NCBI GenBank assembly: GCA_003345545.1
Contig: PRDH01000012.1
Location: forward strand, 19,177 to 83,176
DNA: 64,000 bases
Source of the DNA: Candidatus Thorarchaeota archaeon
GTDB lineage: Archaea; Asgardarchaeota; Thorarchaeia; Thorarchaeales; Thorarchaeaceae
Direction of reading: 5' to 3'
Part shown: in pieces, positions 9,998 through 19,233 of the stretch
Position numbering within the stretch: the first letter of the stretch is position 1
Layout of the letters: each line of letters begins with the position of its first letter
The notes under the pieces: generated by a model
The model's database searches: none
What the model was told of the DNA's origin: nothing
Seen by the model: the letters and a program-made list of their open reading frames with translations, nothing else
Program-made: the position numbers and the translations under genes

Positions 9998-10235
9998 CCT
10001 TTCTTTTCCCGGCGTTGCCTATGACAATAGGAACATCTCAGAAGTCTTCGTTGACACGATATAAGCCTTGGGGAGCGTCATCTGTCCTGAAACTGAGTAG
10101 CGCCACTAGCAGAATTGGTGCTCATGCCTGAATTTTCAATGGCAGTATTATGTCGCAAGATTTAACAAGGGAATCAAGAAGAGCATGAAACGAAGCAGAA
10201 TAAGGCCTCAATGCCAAAATGGGAGAATGCGATCA

Positions 10236-10532
10236 GTGCCTCAAGGCATTCGGAGAATAGTATTGGATGTTTTGAAACCTCACAGTCCGCCGCTGACTGA
10301 GCTCTCCTTGATGCTCGTACGAGATGCACGCGTAAGTGGAGTCAACATCTCGCTCAAGGAAGTAGATCAAAACACTGAGAGCATCACTATCACTCTGGAG
10401 GGAGATGACCTGAACTTCAGCAGTATCAGGGAGGTTCTAGAAGACGCGGGAGCAGTCATCCACTCCATTGACCAAGTTGTAGCAGGAAAGTCATTTGTTG
10501 AGGAAGTAAACCTTCAGCTTGAGGATACATAG
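10236..10532 (+). CDS. DUF211 family protein
   Basis: IRRIVLDVLKPH...GAVIHSIDQVVAG signature; GTG start at 10236. Confidence 0.9.
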   Translation: MPQGIRRIVLDVLKPHSPPLTELSLMLVRDARVSGVNISLKEVDQNTESITITLEGDDLNFSSIREVLEDAGAVIHSIDQVVAGKSFVEEVNLQLEDT

Positions 10533-10537
10533 AGATA

Positions 10538-11152
10538 CTATCTTCTCTGGATCTGGTCACTTACCCTCTTGCTCTCGATCTCAATCTTCTTGCGGACAAG
10601 GGCATATAGCTCTGGCTCGAAAATGCCAGGAATGATTTTCACAACACTGCACAGCTGATCGACTATCTTCTCAGCTAGAGACTCTGGTGAAAGCACATTA
10701 CGGCTAACAATACCGATTACAAGCTCTTCACCAACATTGGCACGAACGACAGAGTCAACAACGCTAGATATCGTTCCCTGAGGATCCATGAAGAAGGGGA
10801 GCTGCGTGCTATCATGAATGGTTGAGAAGCCAAGCTTGTCGCAGATACTCTCCGTGTACCATTCCAGGCTGGATTCCTTCATATTGAGCTTGTTAGCGAA
10901 CTCTGTTTTCGTCAGAGGATTCGGGTGACTCCAGGGGTGTCGTGTCACAATATAGAGCGCTGCGGCAAAGAGGGGATCTTCCTCCCGTGGCCTGCCCTGT
11001 TGAGAAACATATCTCCGGACAAGGTCAAGTGCCATCTTCTCATATCTTGCATCAATCCGGTTCTCTTTGAAAAACTCATGAGCATGAAGCACAGCCTCCA
11101 CAATGATTTGAGGACTGATAGGGAATTCTTCTGAGTCATGATGAGATTCCAT
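10538..11152 (-). CDS. Hypothetical protein with a single TFB/cyclin-like repeat
   Basis: LFAAALYIVTRH...PLTKTEFANKLNMKESSLEWY resembles the TFB cyclin repeat. Confidence 0.6.
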   Translation of the reverse strand: MESHHDSEEFPISPQIIVEAVLHAHEFFKENRIDARYEKMALDLVRRYVSQQGRPREEDPLFAAALYIVTRHPWSHPNPLTKTEFANKLNMKESSLEWYTESICDKLGFSTIHDSTQLPFFMDPQGTISSVVDSVVRANVGEELVIGIVSRNVLSPESLAEKIVDQLCSVVKIIPGIFEPELYALVRKKIEIESKRVSDQIQRR

Positions 11153-11268
11153 CTGTGTTCCTCTCGAATACGCTCTGCAAGCTACAGCTGGTTTCAGTGG
11201 AACTAGATGCAAGATATATTCTTTTGCAAAGGAAGTAAGGGTGAGTTCTTAAGGGCGCCATCACTGCT

Positions 11269-11847
11269 TCATCTAGCGCTGTACGTCTTTTCGAGGGCCC
11301 AACGGAGAGTAGACTGTATCTCCTTCATTCGGTTCTCATCACCGCAGTTCCTGATGACCATCTCACCTAGGATGTTGTCTTCTGAATGCACTTCAAAATC
11401 AAAAGCATCTTCCCATTCAATCTCACCGTTCTCAACTCTATGACGGTCTTCCTGCTGGAATTTACCGAGAATTCTCTCCACGAAGAATCGGGCAAAGGCT
11501 CCACGAGTGATGTCATAGACTGCATGCTCGGCAGGTAGGAACCGCATGGTCTGTTCAGAGATCTCAATGATTCCGAGCTCTAGTTTGCCAGCCTTGTTCA
11601 TCAGGACTATACTCTGAGGCTCGGTAGTTTCTGCTGCTACCTTGGCCGGAGCTGCGCCTTCGACACTCGGAGCCTTCGCCAACGCGGCATCAGCTGTTGT
11701 GAAACTGGCTTTGGCGATCTGAGCATCAAGATTCTCTATGTGCTCCTCGAAACGTGCAATCATATCTCGTAGTCTATCAATCTCTTCGTTCAACTTAGTT
11801 CTAATATTCAGAAGAAATTGAATGTCAGGATTCTCCACTCTGTGCAC
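11269..11847 (-). CDS. Hypothetical protein with N-terminal coiled coil
   Basis: 192-aa ORF, heptad N-terminus, Ala/Pro linker, globular C-terminus. Confidence 0.7.
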   Translation of the reverse strand: MHRVENPDIQFLLNIRTKLNEEIDRLRDMIARFEEHIENLDAQIAKASFTTADAALAKAPSVEGAAPAKVAAETTEPQSIVLMNKAGKLELGIIEISEQTMRFLPAEHAVYDITRGAFARFFVERILGKFQQEDRHRVENGEIEWEDAFDFEVHSEDNILGEMVIRNCGDENRMKEIQSTLRWALEKTYSAR

Positions 11848-11941
11848 CTACATAGACAACTGACTATACAGGTCATTGTCTGATGATATATCATTGCATG
11901 TATTATCATAAAGCTCGCAGAAAGCGAGTGTGCTGATGAGG

Positions 11942-12157
11942 TTATTCCTCGACGGAGATTGCAAAGTCAGGACACTCCATCTCACAGAGCCGACAGACCT
12001 TGCAGGACTCAAGATCTACTACAATAGGGAGAAAGGAACCACGATTATCCACAACATCTGACTTTTTCAAAACACCATGGGGACAGACGGAGATGCAGAT
12101 ATGGCATCCCTTGCACAATTTGGCGTCAATATGGATTTGCTTTGCCTTCCTCGGCAT
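11942..12157 (-). CDS. 2x[4Fe-4S] ferredoxin (2-oxoacid oxidoreductase delta-like)
   Basis: CKGCHICISVCP and CKVCRLCEMECPDFAI. Confidence 0.9.
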   Translation of the reverse strand: MPRKAKQIHIDAKLCKGCHICISVCPHGVLKKSDVVDNRGSFLPIVVDLESCKVCRLCEMECPDFAISVEE

Positions 12158-12277
12158 TGTCAGATTCCCAAGCGAAAACGCCGGTTGCACTGGATATAAC
12201 AATATTCATCCGACCAGAGAGAGCGACCATTAAATAGCCAGAACTATAAACACTGTACTAGTGCTGGGGCTTCACCA

Positions 12278-12991
12278 TTGAAACAATTCGTAGTGTTCAT
12301 GTGTGCTAAGTGTAGAAACTTCACGAATTCTCCGGTGGGGCAGAAACACAGACGATGCAGCTATTGTGGCAGCATCATCGATATCACGAAGGCGAACTGT
12401 GCTCTCTTTGATGGACCCGAACAGGCTATGGAAGCAGTCAAGAAGTTCAATGCTGCAAGGGGAGGAAACGAGTTTCAAGATGCTGTGGAAAGGTCGAAGG
12501 AAAGATACCGTTCCCTATTGCCCGAGGAACCAGTCGATATTGACAAGATGGCGACCGACGATGAACAACTGGTCCTCCCAGGAAAACGAGCGCGTCTGAT
12601 GGCGATACTCGAAGAAGAGGCTAGGGGAAAACCTTGTTCGCTTGACAGACTCGAGGAGTTAAGCGATAATCGGCAACTTCGCTGGACATGGGTCGAGAAG
12701 ACTATTCAGGACCTATCAAATAGTGGAGCACTAATATTCCCACACCCATGGGAAGTGCAGCTAGTGGAAACCAACGAAGACTCGTCGCCAAAGAGCACTG
12801 CCGAGCGTGATGTATCAGCGGAAATCATCTCATTTCTGAAGATGCAAGGAGAGAGAGTGAGGGTTGATGAGATTGTGCGTCATTTCGAGAAGAGGGGGAT
12901 CTCAGAAGCATCAGTCGACAGCTCACTTGAACGACTCATGAGAAGTGGAGATATCTTCCAGCCGACTGTCGGGTATGTGAGTTTGGTATGA
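12278..12991 (+). CDS. DUF1922-like Zn-ribbon protein with C-terminal winged-helix domains
   Basis: CAKC...CSYCG N-terminus; LSNSGALIFP and LMRSGDIFQPTVGYV wing motifs. Confidence 0.7.
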   Translation: MKQFVVFMCAKCRNFTNSPVGQKHRRCSYCGSIIDITKANCALFDGPEQAMEAVKKFNAARGGNEFQDAVERSKERYRSLLPEEPVDIDKMATDDEQLVLPGKRARLMAILEEEARGKPCSLDRLEELSDNRQLRWTWVEKTIQDLSNSGALIFPHPWEVQLVETNEDSSPKSTAERDVSAEIISFLKMQGERVRVDEIVRHFEKRGISEASVDSSLERLMRSGDIFQPTVGYVSLV

Positions 12992-13031
12992 ACTGTTCGA
13001 TTCATTCAAGAGGGTTGGAACAGTAAGGAAT

Positions 13032-13430
13032 GTGATACAAATGCCAATTGTCGAGCTCGTGGCCATAAGGATACTGGAGAGGAATCCAGGTATCGGTCTC
13101 GATGTTGTCGACTTGATTGTGTTACTATGGATGTACACCAATCCCTATGACAGCCATCGTCGTCAGCTCAGTTCGATGAGAAACATCCTGAAGATGAGCG
13201 AAACCCTACAAGTCCCGGGTGGAACGCTTGATGTGACAGAGGAAGAACTGACGCAAATAGTCCTGAAAAGTCTCGAGAGTCTCAGAAAGAAGGGATTCGT
13301 GTATATTCAATCAGCAGGAGTTCACTACATCAAAGGCACGCTTACGGACACCGGAGTGAAACTAGTCCAAAGGACAGTGAGCAGTCCACTCTTGAAACGA
13401 GTCACAGATGAGTTTGGCGATAATCCATAG
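13032..13430 (+). CDS. Hypothetical winged-helix protein
   Basis: SLESLRKKGFV...LTDTG wing motif. Confidence 0.65.
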   Translation: MIQMPIVELVAIRILERNPGIGLDVVDLIVLLWMYTNPYDSHRRQLSSMRNILKMSETLQVPGGTLDVTEEELTQIVLKSLESLRKKGFVYIQSAGVHYIKGTLTDTGVKLVQRTVSSPLLKRVTDEFGDNP

Positions 13431-13449
13431 ATGTGGTTCTCGGACATGT

Positions 13450-13463
13450 GAGAAGGTTTAAAT
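13450..13463 (+). promoter_or_regulatory. BRE/TATA promoter of the uL22 ribosomal operon
   Basis: Purine-rich GAGAAGG followed by TTTAAAT, about 210 nt upstream of the uL22 start. Confidence 0.55.
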
Positions 13464-13501
13464 GCTAAAGTCATCCGGAACCGAGCAGTTGCTCATTGAA
13501 C

Positions 13502-13653
13502 GTGACTGTTTCAGAGCCGATGGATGCAGTGCAGACTACTTGGTTCTGCTCGCGAGAACTGTCTGCAGACGTGTGCCTGTAGGGTCTGGAGTGGTTACAG
13601 AGCGCGAATATGACTTAGAAGCTTGCAGAATAATGTGAGCTTTCCATAGTCAC
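13502..13653 (+). promoter_or_regulatory. Putative structured RNA leader (multi-branch) upstream of uL22
   Basis: Closing stem 13502-13509/13646-13653 enclosing three hairpins (13530-13567, 13570-13606, 13618-13643). Confidence 0.5.
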
Positions 13654-13672
13654 ACAGCGGAAGTGACGCACG

Positions 13673-14137
13673 ATGCCATCGTATGGATATTCAATCATAG
13701 GCATTGACCCGGATAGAACTGCTATTGCTAGTGGAAGAAACATTCGGGTTTCTCCAAAACAGTGCAGAGAAGTCTGTAAACAAATCCGAGGAATGATGCT
13801 TGACAAGGCCATAGAACTTCTGGAGGCCGTAATCAAGGAAGAGAAGTGGATTCCCTACAAGCGCCATTACAAGAGCCGTGCGCACCATCCCGGAATGAGA
13901 AAGTGGATGGCAGGCGGGCATCCCGTCAAGGCTTCTACTCACATCATCAAGATTCTAAAGAATGCTGAAGCGAATGCAGACAATAAGGGACTCGACATTG
14001 ATCGGCTCAAGGTCATCCATGCAGTCACACACAGAGGCCGAATGTACAAGAAGTACATGGAGAGAGCGTTCGGAAGAAGCTCGCCGTTTTTTGAGGAATC
14101 CTCACATATTGAAATCGTTCTGGAAGAGGTGGCGTAG
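13673..14137 (+). CDS. rpl22: 50S ribosomal protein uL22
   Basis: RVSPKQCREVC, NAEANADNKGLD, RAFGRSSP. Confidence 0.97.
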   Translation: MPSYGYSIIGIDPDRTAIASGRNIRVSPKQCREVCKQIRGMMLDKAIELLEAVIKEEKWIPYKRHYKSRAHHPGMRKWMAGGHPVKASTHIIKILKNAEANADNKGLDIDRLKVIHAVTHRGRMYKKYMERAFGRSSPFFEESSHIEIVLEEVA

Positions 14138-15031
14138 ATGTCGGCGGTCAAGTATTTCATTGAGCAGAACACACGCAAACTGGCAATTGACGAATTCCTG
14201 AACAAAGAACTCAATGCTGCAGGATATGGTGGCGTTGAGATCAGAAAGATGCCCATGAAGACAGAGGTCGTCATCAATGCTTCGCGACCTGGTGTTGTCA
14301 TTGGAAGACGTGGAGCAAAAATCAGGGAGCTGACCTACATTCTTGAGAATGAGTTCGGACTAGAGAATGTCCAAGTCGAAGTCAATGAGATAGAGAATCC
14401 ATGGCTTGATGCGGCAGTCATGGCATCGAGGCTAGCTAGACAGCTAGAGCGTGGTGTCAGATTCCGGAGAATGGCATACTGGATCCTTAGGAGAGTCATG
14501 CGAGCAGGTGCCATCGGATGCGAGATTATTGTGAAGGGCAAGCTCTCCAGCAGAAGAGCCCGTTATCAGAAATTCAGACAAGGGACCGTTGCCAAGACGG
14601 GACAACCAGCAAGTGTCTTTGTCGATGAGGCGGATGACAAAGCTATTCTCAAGCCTGGAGTCATTGGCATAAAGGTCCTGATTATGAGACCGGATGCAAA
14701 TATGCCTGGAGTCATTACCATCAAGCCTCCAAAACCAAAGAAACCTGAAGAGATTGAACTGGTCAAGAAGGCTGGTGAAGAGAAGGCCACTGAGGAAGAA
14801 GAGGCCATGGAGGAGGCTCTTGAGGGAATCACGAATATCGATGAACTTAGAGAACTGGAAGAGCTTGATGGTCTTGAACTTCTGGAAGACGAAACAGCTC
14901 CAGAGGAGCACAAGACTCCCGAGAAGACGCCAGATGAAGAGCCTAAAAGAGATGCTAGTGAACCAGCCGATGAGAGTGTCGTAGATGATCTCTCAGAGCT
15001 GGATGAGCTAGACGAGGAGGATGCTGATTAA
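14138..15031 (+). CDS. rps3: 30S ribosomal protein uS3 with long acidic C-terminal tail
   Basis: RPGVVIGRRG KH domain, LERGVRFRR, KPGVIGIKV. Confidence 0.97.
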   Translation: MSAVKYFIEQNTRKLAIDEFLNKELNAAGYGGVEIRKMPMKTEVVINASRPGVVIGRRGAKIRELTYILENEFGLENVQVEVNEIENPWLDAAVMASRLARQLERGVRFRRMAYWILRRVMRAGAIGCEIIVKGKLSSRRARYQKFRQGTVAKTGQPASVFVDEADDKAILKPGVIGIKVLIMRPDANMPGVITIKPPKPKKPEEIELVKKAGEEKATEEEEAMEEALEGITNIDELRELEELDGLELLEDETAPEEHKTPEKTPDEEPKRDASEPADESVVDDLSELDELDEEDAD

Positions 15032-15243
15032 TGGTAAGACTCACCTCGAAAGATATACGAAAGCTGACACCTGCAGAACGTCAGAAGAACTTGGATGATC
15101 TCTATGATGAGATGTCCAGAATCAGAATTGAGTCTGCAACAGGTGGAGGTACTCAGAATCCGTACAGGATCCGCAATGTTAGGAGGGCAATAGCCCGGAT
15201 TCTAACGATTCAGCACCAAGAGGAGCCGGAGGCATCTGAATGA
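15031..15243 (+). CDS. rpl29: 50S ribosomal protein uL29
   Basis: NPYRIRNVRRAIARILT. Confidence 0.95.
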   Translation: MVRLTSKDIRKLTPAERQKNLDDLYDEMSRIRIESATGGGTQNPYRIRNVRRAIARILTIQHQEEPEASE

Positions 15244-15524
15244 GAATCACTCCAGAGAATGTCACAAGACATGAACTCACCGGTCTGCCAATGCACATTG
15301 TCGAATCGACGGACCCGAGCTTCGTGTGCAGGAAGGGCGTCATCTTAGGAGAATCAAGGGAGATGATTCACTTCCGAACAGAGGACAGGGAAGTAAATGC
15401 GCCCAAGAGCAATTGTGTCTTCGATGTGACACTCCCTGATAATACAGTGGTTCGAATCAATGGAGAGGTCCTTCGAGGAAGACCAGAAGACAGAATGAAG
15501 AAACGCCTCAGCAGGAGCTGGTAA
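15240..15524 (+). CDS. rnp1: Ribonuclease P protein subunit Rpp29
   Basis: HELTGL...GRPEDRMKK; conserved position between uL29 and uS17. Confidence 0.93.
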   Translation: MRITPENVTRHELTGLPMHIVESTDPSFVCRKGVILGESREMIHFRTEDREVNAPKSNCVFDVTLPDNTVVRINGEVLRGRPEDRMKKRLSRSW

Positions 15525-15526
15525 GG

Positions 15527-15892
15527 ATGGTACAAACCAAGACAAAGGTCAGAAACATTGGCATTCCAAACGTGGAGCCGCCAGAGGCAACATGCGATGA
15601 CATTCATTGCCCATTCCATGGTAATCTCTCGGTCAGAGGTCGTATTACTGAGGGCATAGTCACCAGTACAATGATGCGCAATACAATAGCATTCCAGCAA
15701 GACTATCTAAGCTTGGTGAAGAAGTACTCCAGATACGAACGCCGAAGATCAAAGAAGCTCGCCCATCATCCACCATGTATCAGTCTCAAAGTGGGCGATA
15801 CTGTGAAGGTCATCGAGTGTCGACCCGTTAGCAAGAATGTATCCAGTGTTGTTGTGGCTGTGACGCACATTGGGGAAGCGCAGGAGGAATAA
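15527..15892 (+). CDS. rps17: 30S ribosomal protein uS17
   Basis: CDDIHCPFHG, KYSRYERR, ECRPVSK. Confidence 0.97.
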   Translation: MVQTKTKVRNIGIPNVEPPEATCDDIHCPFHGNLSVRGRITEGIVTSTMMRNTIAFQQDYLSLVKKYSRYERRRSKKLAHHPPCISLKVGDTVKVIECRPVSKNVSSVVVAVTHIGEAQEE

Positions 15893-15895
15893 TGC

Positions 15896-16318
15896 GTGTC
15901 AAGAAAGCTGGCAAGAGGAATCAGGAAATTCATACCGAGAATGGCCAGAGGGCTTCCGGTTGGAGCCACACTAATGTGCGCGGATAACTCGGGAGCAAAA
16001 GAACTTCAGCTACTCACTGTCTTCGGCTACAAGGGCAAACTGGGAAAGATTGGCAAGGCAGGAATCGGAGACATAGTGAACGTTTCAGTCATCAAGGGAA
16101 AACAGGAACTGAGAAAGCAGGTGCTACAAGCTGTAGTGGTCAGGCAAAGAAAGCCATTCAGGAGGCCAGATGGCACTTGGATGCAGTTTGAGGACAATGC
16201 GGCTGTTCTGGTAAAACCCGGTGGAGAACCTCAAGGCTCAGAGTTGAGAGGGCCCATGGCCAGAGAGGTCACTCTGAAGTGGCCTCGTGTCGCTGCGATA
16301 GCGTCAAAGATAGTGTGA
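15896..16318 (+). CDS. rpl14: 50S ribosomal protein uL14
   Basis: CADNSGAK, FEDNAAV. Confidence 0.97.
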   Translation: MSRKLARGIRKFIPRMARGLPVGATLMCADNSGAKELQLLTVFGYKGKLGKIGKAGIGDIVNVSVIKGKQELRKQVLQAVVVRQRKPFRRPDGTWMQFEDNAAVLVKPGGEPQGSELRGPMAREVTLKWPRVAAIASKIV

Positions 16319-16320
16319 GG

Positions 16321-16719
16321 ATGAGTCAAATGGTGAAGAAAACCAGTCCAATATCGCCTAGGAAACAGCGGAGGAAAGTAGAACAGAGCCCCATGCATGC
16401 CCGCAGAACCCTGCTCAAGTGCAGGCTTGATGAGTTCTTGCAGGAAGAGTATGGTCTCAGATCACTTCCCGTAAAGAAGGGAGACCTTGTGAAGATAATG
16501 AGAGGGCAATTCCGGGATACAGAAGGCAAAGTCATCAGAGTGGACCAGAAGAATGTCCGTGTCCATTTGGATAGCGCTACCATCACCAAGTCGGACGGCA
16601 AGGAGGCGAACGCACCACTCCACCCATCGAATCTCATGCTGGTGAAGCTGGAGTTGGATGATGAGAGAAAGAAGCTCATCGAAAGCAAATTGATGAAGAC
16701 TCCGGAGAGTGAGGAGTAA
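16321..16719 (+). CDS. rpl24: 50S ribosomal protein uL24
   Basis: PRKQR, KKGDLVKIMRG KOW motif, HPSNL; start ATG 16321 or 16330. Confidence 0.95.
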   Translation: MSQMVKKTSPISPRKQRRKVEQSPMHARRTLLKCRLDEFLQEEYGLRSLPVKKGDLVKIMRGQFRDTEGKVIRVDQKNVRVHLDSATITKSDGKEANAPLHPSNLMLVKLELDDERKKLIESKLMKTPESEE

Positions 16720-17475
16720 ATGACAAGAAGAGGTCAGAAAAAGCACTTGAAACGCCTGCCAGCACCAAAGCACTGGCCAATGCCAAGGAAGGAGGTCAAG
16801 TTCACAACACGCGTGATTCCAGGGCCACATCCACGTGATCATTGTCTGACGCTGGCACTGATCCTGAGGGAGATACTCGGCTATGCAGAGAATATGCGTG
16901 AGATAAGGGCAATCCTCTCGACAGGTCAGATAAAGGTGGATGGACAAGTCAGGAAGGATGCTCGATTCCCAGTGGGATTGATGGACATCATTGAGATCAT
17001 AACCTCTGGGCAGCGCTTCAGGGTGCTTCCTAGGATAGGCGGAGGCCTGCGTCTGGTCAACATCGATGAATCAGAGGCCAAGTTCAAGCTCTGCAGAATC
17101 GAGAGGAAACTGATGAATAGAGGCGGAAAGGTGCAATTGGGCCTTCACGATGGTCGCACACTACTACTTGCCGGGAATGAGAAGGCCTCAAAGTACAGCA
17201 ACCTTGATACTCTCAAAATATCGGTACCTGACCAGAAACTCTTGGCATCAATACCTCTTGAGAAGGGTGTTCAAGCAGTAGTTTCACGAGGGAACAACAT
17301 CGGGATTCAGGGTAAAGTCTTTGCAGTTGAGAAGCGGCATGGTACTCACGCAAGCACTGTGACCTTGGAGGACCCAGCAGGTAATAGATTCCAGACTGCC
17401 CTAGAATATGTGTTTGTGGTCGGTAAGAACAAGTCAGAAGTGAATCTTCAGATTGAGGGAGGAAGTTCTGAATGA
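16720..17475 (+). CDS. rps4e: 30S ribosomal protein eS4
   Basis: KKHLKRLPAP, PGPH, FPVGLMD. Confidence 0.97.
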   Translation: MTRRGQKKHLKRLPAPKHWPMPRKEVKFTTRVIPGPHPRDHCLTLALILREILGYAENMREIRAILSTGQIKVDGQVRKDARFPVGLMDIIEIITSGQRFRVLPRIGGGLRLVNIDESEAKFKLCRIERKLMNRGGKVQLGLHDGRTLLLAGNEKASKYSNLDTLKISVPDQKLLASIPLEKGVQAVVSRGNNIGIQGKVFAVEKRHGTHASTVTLEDPAGNRFQTALEYVFVVGKNKSEVNLQIEGGSSE

Positions 17476-18047
17476 GCATCGAGAATGAGAAAGTCTATGC
17501 TGAGAACTGGAAGGCGTACCCAATGCGGGAACCCTTCGTTTCGAAGGTTGTGGTAGATATCTGCACTAGCGGGGGCGAGGAGCTCAATAGAGCAAACACG
17601 ATACTCGAGCAGCTCACAGGTCAGACGCCAATTCAGTCTAAGGCACATCAGACGATACGTGACTTTGGTATTCGCAAGAAGGACCCGATAGCTGTTAGAG
17701 TCACTCTTAGACACGGGCGTGCTGATGAGTTCCTACGAAGGGCTATGAAAGCTAAAGATAACGTTCTTCTATTGAAGAACTGGGACGAAGACGGCAACTT
17801 CGCATTCGGGATAAGTGAACATATCGACATCCCCGATGTGAAGTACGACCCCGCTCTAGGGGTTCAGGGAATGAATATCACAGTCTGTGTTGAGCGACCT
17901 GGCTACAGAATAAAGCGAAGACGCAGACAGAAAGCAAAGGTACCCTATAGACATCGTATGACTCCAGAGGAGAGTATGGTGTTTGTGAAGAGTAAATTCG
18001 GTATCGAGATTCTTGAGAAGGAGCGAGAACGGACATACCTATTCTGA
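17472..18047 (+). CDS. rpl5: 50S ribosomal protein uL5
   Basis: FGIRK, VTLR, GNFAFGISEHIDIP. Confidence 0.97.
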   Translation: MSIENEKVYAENWKAYPMREPFVSKVVVDICTSGGEELNRANTILEQLTGQTPIQSKAHQTIRDFGIRKKDPIAVRVTLRHGRADEFLRRAMKAKDNVLLLKNWDEDGNFAFGISEHIDIPDVKYDPALGVQGMNITVCVERPGYRIKRRRRQKAKVPYRHRMTPEESMVFVKSKFGIEILEKERERTYLF

Positions 18048-18058
18048 GGTGATCAGTA

Positions 18059-18229
18059 ATGAGTACAAAGAAAGAGCGGACACGACAGAGAAAGAAGATG
18101 GGCAAGGGCAGCAGAATATGCGTCCGTTGCGGAACACATCAGGCAATCATCCGTTCCTACGGTCTGTACATGTGCCGGCGCTGTTTTAGAGAGAAGGCAG
18201 AGAACCTCGGGTTCCGCAAGTATAACTGA
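18059..18229 (+). CDS. rps14: 30S ribosomal protein uS14
   Basis: Manual translation ...[11 protein letters not shown]...[23 protein letters not shown] (56 aa, below ORF-track cutoff). Confidence 0.96.
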   Translation: MSTKKERTRQRKKMGKGSRICVRCGTHQAIIRSYGLYMCRRCFREKAENLGFRKYN

Positions 18230-18246
18230 AGGAGGTCTAAGAGAGA

Positions 18247-18639
18247 ATGACACTACTAGACCCATTGGCTGATGCAATGTCAAACATACACAATAGTGAA
18301 TCGGTAGGCAAGTCCGAAGTGGTCGTTGCTCCAGCATCACAACTGATTGAAAAAGTGCTGCAAGTAATGCAGTCCAAGGGTTACATCGGTGAGTTTGAAC
18401 GAATCGATGATGGAATGGCAGGCAGACTGCGCATCCAACTCATGGGTCGTACAAACAAATGCGGTGTGATAAAACCGAGATACCCAGTCCCGCGGGATGG
18501 TTTTGAAAAATACGAGAAGCAATTCCTTCCTGCCTACAACTATGGTATCCTGATTGTCACAACACCAGCAGGCGTGATGACTCATCAGGATGCAAAGGAC
18601 CGCGGAATCGGCGGGAGACTACTAGCATACGTGTACTAA
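18247..18639 (+). CDS. rps8: 30S ribosomal protein uS8
   Basis: [22 protein letters not shown]. Confidence 0.97.
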   Translation: MTLLDPLADAMSNIHNSESVGKSEVVVAPASQLIEKVLQVMQSKGYIGEFERIDDGMAGRLRIQLMGRTNKCGVIKPRYPVPRDGFEKYEKQFLPAYNYGILIVTTPAGVMTHQDAKDRGIGGRLLAYVY

Positions 18640-18652
18640 GGAGATCTGGCAA

Positions 18653-19222
18653 ATGTCAAAAGAGTTAGAGTTGGTATATCATCAGACGATTGAGATTCCC
18701 AGTGACTGTCAGGTCTCCTTGGAAGACAAAACAGTCACTGTAAAGGGTCCCAAAGGCACACTCAAACGTTCTTTTCCAGAACGTCAGACAACGATCAAAA
18801 TCCAAGGAAGTGAGGTGTATGTGGGTACAGACATCAGCAGAAAACGTAGTAGAGCTCTGGTCGGAATGATAATAGCGCACGTCCGGAACATGATGCTCGG
18901 AGTACGCCTGGGCTATGAGTATCAGATGAAGATAGTCTACAGTCACTTTCCTATCAACGTTGAAGTACAAGACAGTACCGTCCTCATCAAGAACTTCCTC
19001 GGCGAACGAGGAGTTAGAAAGGCTCGGGTTGTTGGTGACATTAAGATACGAACCTCTGAGGATGAGATCTTCGTCAGTGGCATAGACATCGAACAGGTGG
19101 CACAGAGTGCCGCAAATATCCAGCAAGCCTGCAAGATCCGCGACAAAGACCGACGTGTCTTCATGGATGGAATCTATGTGATCAAGAAGACAAAGGGTGA
19201 CGTAGTGAAGTCCATAGTATAG
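18653..19222 (+). CDS. rpl6: 50S ribosomal protein uL6
   Basis: VKGPKG, YSHFP, KDRRVFMDGIY. Confidence 0.97.
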   Translation: MSKELELVYHQTIEIPSDCQVSLEDKTVTVKGPKGTLKRSFPERQTTIKIQGSEVYVGTDISRKRSRALVGMIIAHVRNMMLGVRLGYEYQMKIVYSHFPINVEVQDSTVLIKNFLGERGVRKARVVGDIKIRTSEDEIFVSGIDIEQVAQSAANIQQACKIRDKDRRVFMDGIYVIKKTKGDVVKSIV

Positions 19223-19233
19223 GAGGCAACAGA

